Shown here one piece after another: positions 52,359-64,000 of a stretch of 64,000 nucleotides of DNA. The position numbers were made by a program, and so were the translations under genes. Source of the DNA: the human T2T-CHM13v2.0 reference genome, Homo sapiens. Where the stretch lies: NCBI GenBank assembly GCA_009914755.4, contig CP086569.2, positions 4,608,001-4,672,000 of the forward strand, given 5' to 3'. Below the pieces are notes generated by a model. That model was given only the letters and a program-made list of their open reading frames with translations. It was not told the origin of the DNA and did no database searches. Within the stretch, counting starts at the first letter, position 1. Each line of letters starts with the position of its first letter.

Positions 52359-53142
52359 TCTTCTCTAGTTTTTTTCTTACTTGTTGAACACTGTGTTGCT
52401 TTGATTGTGAAAATCAGAAAGCCTAGCCTGTGGATGAACAAAAAGAAGCAAAAATACAAAGTATAAGTTATTTTATAGTTTTTTAGTCCATAGTAGAAAA
52501 ATAAAGTTGCTTTTCTTTTATTAAAATATACAACATTTCAGCAGTATCCACTCAGCCATGTTTCTGAGTTTTGGGTTGTTGTTGTTGTTTTGTTTTGTTT
52601 TAAGAAGCATCTGTGTGATGAGTAACAATTTTACTGTCACTTATTCCAGACATTAGTTAGTTACGAGGCTTGGCTTTTTCACTGACAAGGTTAGGTGTCC
52701 AACCCTATTCCCCGTAGCCCCTCCAAGCTCACAACATGGCCCCACTGAAAGCCCTAATGAATTATTGCCTCTTTCCAATAAGCTGGATGCTAGCTCTAAG
52801 AAGTACTTAATGACATTCACAATTTAAAACCTTACCTAAAAATCTGTTTATGGAAGAATTAGCTTAATTAACGAGTTTGCAATGAAGTCAGTCTTAATGA
52901 CGTTCTGAGAAAGACACTAAAGGTGAAAAGGAAACAAGCAGAACAAACAACCCTTTGAGCTTTTCAGGTCAGTAGTTACACTAACAATTGTCACAACTTC
53001 CCCTGAAAGGGATGGTACTTGAAGTGAGAATCAAAAAGGAAAATGTGTGATTGATCACCTCTAAGACTTTCCTCTGCTTTTCTGAAGAGCTAGGCCATAA
53101 AGTCACAAAGGGAGCAGCTTACTAGGTTGTAAAGCCTCTTGA

Positions 53143-53710
53143 TATTTTTTAAGGCGCCTGTATTAGTTTTCTATTGCTACCATAATAATTTGCTACATAC
53201 TTGGAGGCTTAAAACAACACCTATTTTTCATCTCACAGGGTCTATAGTTCAGAAGTTCAGCTAGACTAGACTAGGTTCTCTGCTCAGGGTGTCATAAGGT
53301 TGAAATCAAGGTGTTGGAAAGTCTGTGCTCCTTTATTGCAAGTTTTGGGGAAGAGCCTTCTTCCAAGCTCATTCAGGTTGTTGGCAGAATCCAGTTTCTT
53401 ACAGTTGTAGGACTGAGGCTCCTGCTCCCTTGATGGCTGTCATCTGAGATCTCCTTTCAGCTCCTAATGGATAGCCACATTTCTTCTCACATGGCCCCCT
53501 CCATCTTCAGAGCCTGCAAAGGTGTGTTGAATCACCCTTGTTCTTTGGATTTCTCTCTTTCTCTTCTGTGACCAGCAGGAGAAAACTCTCTGCTTTTAAA
53601 GGGGTCATGTGATAAGGCCTGTCTCACTTAGATCATATGTGTATTTTATAGTCCACTGATTTGGACATTGATTACATTAGGAAAATCCCTTCATGATTGT
53701 ATCTAGATCG
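53143..53710 (+). mobile_element. LTR fragment (ERVL-MaLR-like).
   Basis: It starts tattagtttt ctattgctacc.taa.aatt..c..a.acttggaggcttaaaacaacac..atttt...tctcacag..tctatag.tcagaagt and continues into ...caaggtgttgg...ctccttt...ccttcttccaagctcattcaggttgttggcagaat.cagtttcttacagttgtaggactgaggc. This is a common human LTR consensus pattern from my memory. Confidence 0.45.
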
Positions 53711-56700
53711 GTGTTTGATTAAATAAACCAGGCACAGAAATCTTGGGAAGTTTTGGGGAGGAGAGGACATATTTAAAATTCTGCATGCCATAGCACCTCT
53801 TCCTTTAAGAGAAAAAATCTTCAGGATGGACAACTTGGATTTAAGCCTCTGTCTGTCCCACTTGTTAGTCCTTTGTGCTGTGAACAGTTGTACAACCCTA
53901 CGTAGCAGCCCTGAGCTATAGCTTCTAGGGGTCATGAAGCATTGCCTTTACGCTTTGACTTCTTTCTCTTCTTAGAACCTTCCCTGTCCTGCTCAATCCT
54001 ATTTATTAAACAGATCCTATCCTCATAACTGACCTCCTCACCTTCATCCAAACTCTAGTATTTATTTACCAGTATTTGACATTTTTAATGTGCATTTGAT
54101 AATAATTTGTACATAACAGTTGCTGTGGAATACATCTTCTATGGCTAACTTATTTCTGCCATTGGAGTCATGTTTTCCCCCATGAAGTGTGCCATTCAAA
54201 TGGACCTTCTTCAATAATTCAAGAAATTCAATAATTTCTTATTTTATTTTCAACTAAATGAAAACTGTAAGTTCGTGAGAGTAGCTTATATTTTTTCTTC
54301 ATTTTTACTGCCAAAAATATGGTTGCTAAATCCCAATATAGACAAAGGTCAATTAAAGACTATGTAATTGTGCTACTAATGTTATTACTGACGATATGTT
54401 AAATCACATTTACTTTTGCATGTGTGTTTTGGAAAGAAGCTTTACAGTTGAGAAAGCCATAAGGGTAGAAATAGAATACACACAGAAAAGTATGAAAAAA
54501 TGCTTCTAATAGATCTGATAGAGATTTAGAAAAACAATTGTTTAAATTAGCACAATCCTTAGGGCTGAATTGGCTGGGATCTAGAAAGAACATTACTCAC
54601 CTTTCAAGGGTGTTAAACTTCTAATGGACTGAGACCTCATCCAGAAAACATGGGAATTTATGCTTTCTCCTGGACAGAAAAGCATGTATCAACTTCTTCA
54701 GTTGCAAAGTCTCACAGTAATTGACCAGGAAAACTACAATTTCTATACAAATGCTAGATGACCATAATCCCTCCTCACGCAAGTAACATTCCTTTCTCAT
54801 GTATGGACATTGCAATTCATAAAAGGGCTTATCACACACATCTCAGAGGATATATAACTACATTGCAGCAAGGTCTTTGGCATTCTAAGATAGAGGACCT
54901 AGGTTATTAAAAGCACAGATACAGAACACTGGCAGGAATGTGTGTTTTCACAAAAGAGTGTGTGTTTTCACTGAATAGCATATATTGCAAATTGATACAG
55001 TGCAGTTTGGTAGAAAAGACACTAATTTGAATTTAGGATATGTGGATTTTAATTCAAGCCCTGTCTCCAAATATAAGCTCCTTTATTTAGCTTGAATCTC
55101 AGTTCCATCAGTTAAATGGGAATGCAGGTCTAGATGTTTTTTTTAAGGTCTCAGTGGGTTGAGAACCTATGGTGACAGCTAACCGGGGTTTTAGTATATG
55201 TGCCACATCTCTGTAAATGTTCACTTCCTAGGCAAGCTATTATTACAAAAAGCTATGCTCCAGGATAAACTTCTGGGAGTCAAGAAAACTTAGTTGTCAT
55301 TCTGATTCTACCATGAATGTGGTATAACTGTGGTGGCTTTGTCTCTTTCAATCTCATCTCCTCATCTCTAAAATTGGACTAAGGCTTTCTATAGCCACTT
55401 AATAGTGTTATTTTTTTGAGAATCAAATCAAATAACAGATATGAACCTGCTTTGAAACCTTTAAAATCATATATAAATGTAAGGGATAATAAATATATCC
55501 TAGCAAGTTTCTTTGATAAATAATTTATTCTGCCACTCAGTTAATAGATGTTTTCATGAATAAGTTTTTAAATGAACTGAGCCTCAATTTTATTATCTGT
55601 GAAATGAGGAAGATGACCTAGATCAGTGATTTTCTTAAGAGCATTTTATATTTTTTAGCAGCAGAACTCTGATTTCACACAAAGTATCAAGTGGAATCTT
55701 ACATATATGTCAGTCAAAAAACAAAGCAATTCTAACTGAGTATGACCCAGAGCCTTGCCTTCCAAGCTTCCTTCTCTTTGCACTCCATACCATAACTTCT
55801 CATGCATTTCTATAAAATCCTGCAACTCTGAGGGGTTCTGAGTGAAAACAGATGGACCAGATAATCCTTAATCTGTCTTCCAGTTTCAAATATCTGTTTA
55901 AAATTATGACAACTGAAGAGAGCTAGTCACTGGTTTTTATATAGAATATTTTGGTTCTAAGAAATGAATAGGAAGTAATTTAACTTCTTTAGTAACTTTT
56001 TCTTCATTCATTTACCCTTTGATTTCTGTACCTTAACAGACCATGATGTCTTCTCAATTATGAAATGAAGCTTGTTGTCATAAAATATACTTACTATTTC
56101 TAATTCATTAGATAACAAAGCAGAAAAATCAATTTTTTCATTTAAACCATCATTCTAAAACAACTACTTTTAGTGCTCCATCACAAGAAGTAGTTATTAC
56201 CAGCTACAAAAATGACTGTGAAATTTATATAGTAAAACTGACAAATTCCACAACACTTGCCAAGAAAACTCAATACCCTACTGATATTAGTAAATGCATA
56301 GAAAGTCCCAGACCCATTAGGCTGTCCCATTTCAGAACATGACATTTTATTTCTTCCCAAGTGATGAAAACTAAATTTGCAACCTGAAAATTGTATAGCT
56401 TTGTGGTGCTTTTCTAAAAAACATATTGAAAATAGTTGGTTATAAGTGAGCTAAAAATGGGTAGTGCCACTATTCAAACAAAGTATGTAATTATTGAATA
56501 AGTACTTCCTTTACATCCAATACACATACCTCAGGAGTTCAGAATGCCACTTAAAAGAAGATGTGCATTTGTCTTAAATTTACAACAAAGTTTACCACAG
56601 AAGCCAACATTTACAGCTACTAGGGATATTCTGCTATCCAATTAGAAACATAATTTTATAACTAATTGAAGGAGTGCATATATATATGTATATATATATA

Positions 56701-59261
56701 TAGTTAATTTTAGAAAAATATATGTCTCATGGGTTTTTTAAAAATGACAATTTAGTGCTATAAATTCCTTCATGATTTTTCAAAAATGACTTTGGTTTAG
56801 AGAATGAAATTATAAATGTTATTGATCTATTAAGCATATTATTTCCTGAAGAGAGTTTAATAAAAAATACTAAAAATAAGTGTTTTACTTTTTAAACCAA
56901 AAATAAAATTCTAAGACCCACAACCGACTGATGGATCTCCCCCTCAGCCAAGGACATTCCAAAGTTAACCTGAAAAACTAGTTCGGGCCATAATGGGAAG
57001 TGGCAGTCAGACCTACCTCAAAATCCCCTTCTCCCCTTGGTATTTAGGCACAGCTGACCAGCATTAATATTAAAACAGAGACCTTAAGACTGATAGAATA
57101 GCCTCTTTAAGTTTATAAGAAACATTCCCTTCTATTCATTCGATTTGCATAATGTGAACCTTGGTCTCCACAACTCCTTAACAAAGACATTCCCTTCTAT
57201 TGATTCTAGGTCTTTATACGATAACTTAACTCTTTCAACCAATTGCCAGTTAGAAAATTCTTGAGTCCACCTATGACCTGGAAGCCCCTGCTTCAAGTTG
57301 TCCCACCTTTCCAGACCAAACCAGTGGACACTTTACATGTGTTGATTGATGTCTTATGTCTCCCTAAAATATATAAAACCAAGCTGTAGCCAGACTGCCT
57401 TGAGCACATGTTCTCAGAATCTCCTAGGGGTGTGTCAAGGCCATTGGTCACTCATATTCGGCTTAGAATAAATCTTTTCAAATATTTTACAGGGTTGGAC
57501 TTCTTTTGTTGACAACTGTTAATATATCCTGTGCTGAAACTATTTTAATCCTTAACCAAAATAAACTCTAATTTAAATATGTGGCTTTAGTGTTCATGGT
57601 TGACTGTTATCAGGAAAATTGATAAGCCTGACTATAATCACCTGACATGTCAATAATCTCTAAAGTGAAATTGGTCTATGAGATCACTGAGGTAATGTGC
57701 TGAACTACATACATTGGAATATAGGTTAGTTCTTTCTCATGCCTGTGAAAAAGTTAATCTCTTAAAGAAACAAATGCAAAAGAAATCTAACAAAGAAATT
57801 ATGACACAGCAAAATGCGTTTCACATATACTGTGATTAACATCTGAAGGAGATCAGAATATGCTACCCCAAAATATGCCACTTTGGCTAAAGATTATTTT
57901 AACCTGAAGGCAATTGAGAACATCAGGCACAGGATGAGCTCTCTGCCCTCCCCCATCTGATGTCATACATTACACTTTCGTAAAGGAAATTTCCACTTGT
58001 AATGAAATTTCCATGTGTAAAGTTGTCTTCCTCACCCATAACAGAAAGAGGGGAATGATTCTTGTCATTGGAGATGGCACCAAGATGAGTGTGCATAATC
58101 AACCCCTATCCACCGTTATTTCCCCCATATATTTCCTAGTCACCGTCCCACAATTTACTCCATAGAATCTCAAACTACTTTCCTTTGTCTAGTCACTTCT
58201 GAATAATTTATCACTCTTTGTTAAAATGGCATATAATCCCCTTGGTCTAAAGGCCCCTTAGAGTTTTTTATTTCTGTGAAGCTCCAGTGCATGTAAAAAT
58301 ATTAAAACCAAGAAGGTTTGTATGCCTTTTCTTTTGATAATCTGTCTTTTCTCAGTTTAATTCACAGGTCTCTAGATCCAAAATCTGAGAAGGTAGAAGA
58401 AAATATTTTTTTTCCCTCCCTTACACATCTACAGTCACTTTACAAACCAACCAATGTATCTGTCTTCTTAGTGGTGCAACTTGGCAACTAAATAATATGA
58501 GACAACATAACACAGAGGTTTGAAAGACAAAGTGAAAGAAAACTACATATATAATGTTATAAAGGGTATTTTAATTAGACAGAATGTAAATTAGCAGAAA
58601 TTGGACTTGGACCAAATAACTGAGGTTGCTCTTCCTGTATTCATGGACATTTTGATACACAATAAAGATACTCTAGTCCAAGTGCCTAGAATTTTAAAAA
58701 TAGCTACATAAATTTATTAATTTGATTTTAACCATTTAAAATACTATATCATTTCAGACATTAAAATGTAAAAATGTAAAATTTAGAGACATGAAGTAAC
58801 TGTAAACAAGATTGGGCCTCAATTTTTCTCTTGTGATACTTCTACAATATACAAGTAATTTTCATCTATTCTTTTATGTTTTCTCAGTAGGAATATATAT
58901 GCCTTACAAGTCACCATCTCTTGAAATGGGTTTAACAGTACAATAATAGGTGTTACTGTTAAAAAGCAAAGAAAAAAGACAGACATGGGAAATTCTGGGT
59001 TAGAAAATGTTACATATATTTTTTTGCTGTAATACATCTCAGAGTCTTTAAGGCTAATATTAACTACGAATCCAGGGAACATGCATTAGAAAACACCATT
59101 TTAAGTAAATGGATCACTTAGCTAATAAGTATTTGGCAAGGGTTATATGGCTGTCCGAATGAATCTTTAGATAGCTTAATAAGCAAATTCATGGATGTGC
59201 TTCAGTCCTCTTGCAATAGGTATTAGGATCACCAAAATGACCCAAATAAATTAATTGCCCA

Positions 59262-59325
59262 ATTTAGATTTGGTGATCCCCCAATACTAGATTTGGTGAT
59301 CCCCCAATACTAGATTTGGTGGTTT
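59262..59325. repeat. Local tandem duplication of about 2.5 copies of a 22-bp unit (agatttggtgatcccccaatact).
   Basis: Direct reading. Confidence 0.85.
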
Positions 59326-60229
59326 TACATTGGCTTGGTCTCCAATTCAGCACCATATGTTTCAGAAGGGATGTATTAAATTTCTTAAATTATCTTTTGT
59401 GTGTGAACAGGAATACTTAGTGTCTTAGTAATATCCAGCATTTCTAATCCTTATCTTCCTTTTTTTTTGAGTCCCTCATCACCTTTTAGGTTTATCATTA
59501 CTATCAATACTTTACCAGTAGACTACTGACTGCTAATTTATGACATTCTCTGCATTTATGAACAAGTATCATGAGGAAAGGAAAGAAATACAATTCTTGC
59601 TCCCTAATGTCATTGTGATTTCAGGAAGTGTTAGAACATTTTTGTCAAACTTGCTTAATAGTCTTTAACAAGCTGAGTTAAAGAACTTTATTCTTTCAAA
59701 CTTAGGATTTGTCATTATTTTGAGATTCATTAGTTTAATTAGTTAGAGCATTGTGCTAATGAGCCCAAGCACATGAATTTGAGTCACATAGGCTAGTTAA
59801 TTTTGTACAGAAAAAATATTTTCTCTCCCCCCATACTAGGCCCTTTGCCATTAACTAAGCCTCTAATGAATATCTACGTTTTGATCATAAAGGAAACTCA
59901 TCACCACTGCTTAAAAAATAAAATAAAAAGGAACAGGCAGGATCATATACATATGCAGGCAGTGCAGTTATTCATCATTATTCACTAATGGATCTTTGGC
60001 CATACCTCTATTACCAGAAAGGGGTCCAGATCCAGGCCCCAAAATAGGGTTCTTGGACCTCACACAAGAAAGAATTCAGGGTGAGTCCATGGAATAAAGT
60101 GAAAGCAAGTCTATTAAGAAAGTAAAGAAAGTAAGAATCACTACTCCAGAGCCAGAGCAGTGGCATGGACTGTGTATACTTATAGTTACTTCTTGATTAT
60201 ATGCTAAACACGGGGTGGATTATTCATGA

Positions 60230-60640
60230 GTTTTCCAGGCAATGGATGGGGATTTCCCCAGAACTGAGGGCTCCTCCCCTTTTTAGACTATATAGGGTAG
60301 CTTCTGGATGTTGCCATGGCATTTGTAAACAGTCGTGGCACTGGTGGGAGTGTCTTTTTGCATGCTAACACATTATAATTATCATATAATGAGCAGTGAG
60401 GATGACCAGAAATCACTTTCATTGCCATCTTGGTTTTGTTGGAAGCTGGCTGGCTTCTTTACTGCATCCTGTTTTATCTGCAGGGTCTTTGTGACCCATA
60501 ATTTGTGCTGATCTCCTATCTCATCCTGTGACTAAGAATACCTAACCTCCTGAGAATTCAGCCCAGTAGGTTTCAGCCTTATTTTCCCCAGCCCCTATGC
60601 AAGATGGATTTGGTCTGGTTCAAATGCCTCTGACACCTCT
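60230..60640. mobile_element. Interspersed repeat, probably LTR/ERV-derived. The family is not confidently assigned.
   Basis: The block ...tgagggctcctcccctttttagactatatagggtagcttctggatgttgccatggcatttgtaaacagtcgtggcactggtgggagtgt...gatgaccagaaatcactttcattgccatcttggttttgttgg...ggcttctttactgcatcctgttttatctgcagggtctttgtgacc...cctatctcatcctgtgactaagaatacctaacc...cagcccagtaggtttcagccttattttcccc matches a frequently seen human repeat consensus that I cannot name with confidence. Confidence 0.3.
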
Positions 60641-63600
60641 AAACACACACCTGCTTTACTTAAGGAAACTGATCCAAGAAGAAAATTCAAGATTTGATGA
60701 CATTTTAATTAACAAGTGCTTCATTTTAACTAATAAATTTCAAGTTGCTTATTCTCTTATACAACTATGAACATGTTTTAAATTGAAAAATACTATGTGC
60801 AGTATTGTAGCAAACATAAAAACAATTAAGAGATTCAGGGGATGTGAATCTAGACTTGCTGAAGTTTAATTACACTGTATTTTCATAAAGGAATCCCATT
60901 CACTTTAATTTTGTTTCTAAATTATGATGTCCTTTTCTTTTCAGAGCACATTGTAAATAACAGCATAGAACATCAGTTGGAATAGAGAAAACTGCAATTT
61001 CTTCCTATCTCTTGTCATTTAAAAATAACAAAAATGACAACTTGTCTGAAGAAAAGTTTTTAAATTTGACTAATGTTCCTTTGTGTGAAATATAATATAC
61101 TTAGCAGTTCAAAGTGGAAAAAACTAATCCAAGAGAGGATCATCATCATAGAACTCAAAAGAATGATGGATTTGATAGTTTTCTATTTTATGTTCAATAT
61201 AAAATTCCATTTTATTTGATTCATCAGGAATCCCATATATCCTTTAAATATGACAGATGATTATCTGAGAATAAAAATGTCTATGACCAAAAGTCCAAAA
61301 CTCGAACAAATTCACTAATCTCTAAGTTGATAAAGGCCAGTCCTAGTTTACAGAGCTACATATGGTTATTGCATGCTTTCTGTAAATGAAAGAACTATAA
61401 TCTCGTCCACAAGCGTATGGAGGTTTCTATTTTCCCTTTAGTCACTGATGTAGCCAAGAATCATACTACAGAAAACTACAGAAACTATTAAATTTTTTTC
61501 AGAATTAAAATCTGAAGTTATTTTGTAGGTCCAAATTAATCTACTCATAAAGGTACAAACTTATAACTTAAGTTCCAGTTTTTTAAATTTTGTATTTCCT
61601 CTGGAAGAATAAAAGACAGGTCTTTTGATATGGATAAATAGGGATGAATCCTAGTTTTTGGAATCTGAAACTTACACGTTAACTCTCTTTAAAAAAAAGA
61701 ATACAAAATTACCATACAAAATTTTGTATAACCAGAATATTTATTTATAAAGAGAGGTTACGACAAATGCCAAATTTATAGAAGCTGACAAATATCACAA
61801 ACATTATAGAATCCAAGAAAATTATATACTTTTAATAATAAGCTGCTTGACACATCTCTGTAATATTTTTCTTTTCCCATTTCAAGAACACCCATGGATG
61901 CCTGAAACTGTAAAGACTACCAAACCCTGTATGTATTACGTTTTTTCCTATACATAAATATCTGTGATACTTTTTCCCAACATTTTTGGGTGCCTATCAT
62001 TGGATTGCCTCTTCACATGAAAATAATTTTGTAATATCAGGCCTCAAAAGAGGCCAGTGTAAGTGAAGGACCCTCAATCTTAAACTTCCTTAGCTCCATG
62101 GTAAATCTGCCTCTATTTGTATCAGTTATTCAATCAATGTGTGGCTGTTCATAAGATATAAAATAAGAACAACACCCTGTTGCAAAATATTCATCACTAT
62201 ATATCTATATCAATATCTGTATCCATATCTATAAACATAGATGTGTATAAAAAAGATTGTGAATTATAAATTTTGGACCGTATTTCAGGGTGCAATATAT
62301 CCTCAGAGAGATTCAAATTGTGTGGTGGGAGTGAGAGGTAATATTTATTTTATGCAAATAAATTGAGGTTACCAATCCCTTTTACCTGCCTACTTCAATT
62401 AAATAGTGAAAGGGATAGTGACTTATACAATGCTGGGGTTGTACTTATCATTATATAACTCACTACCTAGAACTAAAAACCAAACATGAAGTAGAAAGTC
62501 TATTTAACGAATTAATGTGGCTTAAAAGTGCCTGGGATGTAGAGTTCTTCAATAAGTATTTGTTTATGAATGAATAGATGAACTAACAAATGAGTGAATG
62601 GATAATACAGCTATATCCACCTCCCTTTTCTTTTGCCTCATTTTACCTCAATGACTGCTTTCGCTGCCTAATGAAGTCTAATTTTTTGAGTGCTAAATTA
62701 CATTGAAATATTTTTATCGGGTACTTCATGGCAGTTTTTATGTTATCTCATTTATGTTTCTAATAACAATTCTCAAGGTAATTTCATTTCTCAATACATA
62801 GTTACTGAAATTGAAAGAATTTGAGTAACTTATCCAATGTTCTACAGCTAGAATGTCAAAGAATCACAAGTTGAATCGAGGCTTTCTAGATTCTTAGGTA
62901 ATATACATCATAGCCTTTTATTTTTCCTACATGCCATGCCGTAAAAATATAGCCAAAACAAAAGGAGCTTATTAAGTTAAAATTGTGTTACATGCATCAC
63001 AAGTTCTAGGCAAAAAATGTAATATATTATGTCAAAAATAGTTACAATGGGAAGTCCTTGTGTCTGTGTCACAATGTACAGATTTATTCTTTTTATTTCC
63101 TTTCATTTTCATATCCATAAATTGCTCTTCGTAGTCTCAGTTTTGAAACTGGGTCTGGTCTGGATTGAGCAGTAGCACGTCAAGGGATCAAATGAATGTT
63201 GATGGAAATAGCTATATGCAGAGTGATCAACATCATGATAGGCTGACAGGTTTGAAGAGCCAAGCACTTTTACAACTGTCAAGCAGTATTTTTCATACTA
63301 CCTCAAAAAGATTCTCTGGTTGAATAAACTTTTAATATCCCCCTGCTGGAGAGTCACAACACATATTTACGTATTAAAGAAACACAGGAAATCCTCCGTA
63401 TAAACCTGCACCACGCCTACCTCCCCCAACTCCAATTTGTTCCTTTGCTGCCCCCTAGAGGGCCTTGGCCAGAGTGCACACGCCATCACTGCCTTCTCTC
63501 CTAGTTTCTCTTTCTATTGCAGACTACGCTGCCTAAACTCGGGTCTCAAAGTAAACAGGGAGCTCAAAGTAAACAGGGTTTGAACACCAATTTGTGGTCT

Positions 63601-64000
63601 TTACATCATTTGCTAACTGCTAACACCCTTCTCTTCCTTGGAGAGTTTTCAGAAAGGAAATCATTATGAAGGGAGTAGGTGACTTCAATTCCTTTCTTCC
63701 CTATCATCTTCACTTCCACATCAGTCTCCAGATGAGCATTTTACCCGGCTGGAGTACATGCAGAAAAGTTGAAAGAGATGTAGCATGGTATAAATTTGAA
63801 AAGTTACGGTAGTGAACTTGAAGGAAAAATAAAAGAAAAATAATTTAAAAAGAAAAAAGTATCTCTACTGACTCCCCTCCTCAGGACCCTGAGTTTGCCT
63901 ATCCCTTATGTCCCACCCTCCTCCTCCTTCTCCTCTTCTCTGAGACCTAATCCACTTGGGGATAACAGACTATTTTCCAGTTATCTATGATTTATCTAAA

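Overview
This window is eukaryotic, not prokaryotic. It is primate genomic DNA, almost certainly human or another great ape, from an AT-rich region made largely of interspersed repeats. I found no convincing cellular protein-coding exon, tRNA, rRNA, CRISPR array or operon-like structure. I also found no novel biological system beyond a transposon-shaped landscape, and I think that is the honest reading of the window.

The most prominent structures are two full-length young LINE-1 elements (L1PA2/L1PA3 type, about 6.0 to 6.2 kb each). They lie in inverted orientation about 18.3 kb apart, with their CpG-rich 5'UTRs facing each other:
- L1 at 20411-26445 (minus strand): ORF1 is intact (338 aa) but ORF2 is broken by several frameshifts/stops. 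It is flanked by a 10-12 bp target-site duplication.
- L1 at 44748-50926 (plus strand): ORF1 and ORF2 are each interrupted by CGA>TGA or GGA>TGA nonsense changes plus frameshifts.

Other recognisable elements:
- An older, nearly full-length L1 in antisense orientation at about 5295-10712.
- Many fragments of old L1 (L1M/L1PB-type) at 1-2430, 10737-11065, 13062-18200, 32040-36250 and 40858-41030.
- An internally deleted Tigger (pogo-like) DNA transposon at 3439-5157 with terminal inverted repeats and TA target-site duplications.
- Four Alu SINEs. One is a young AluY at 52051-52358 with a perfect target-site duplication and a long A-tail.
- Several LTR fragments (MaLR/MLT1-like), MIR remnants, and a number of microsatellites and homopolymer runs.

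Every ORF longer than 120 aa in the supplied six-frame track maps to L1 ORF1 or ORF2. Short ORFs elsewhere lie in repeats or low-complexity sequence.

Family assignments rest on my memory of repeat consensus sequences (L1 5'UTR/ORF1/ORF2/3'UTR, Alu, Tigger termini, MLT1), not on a database search. Boundaries are approximate, within roughly 10-30 bp, unless a target-site duplication pins them.
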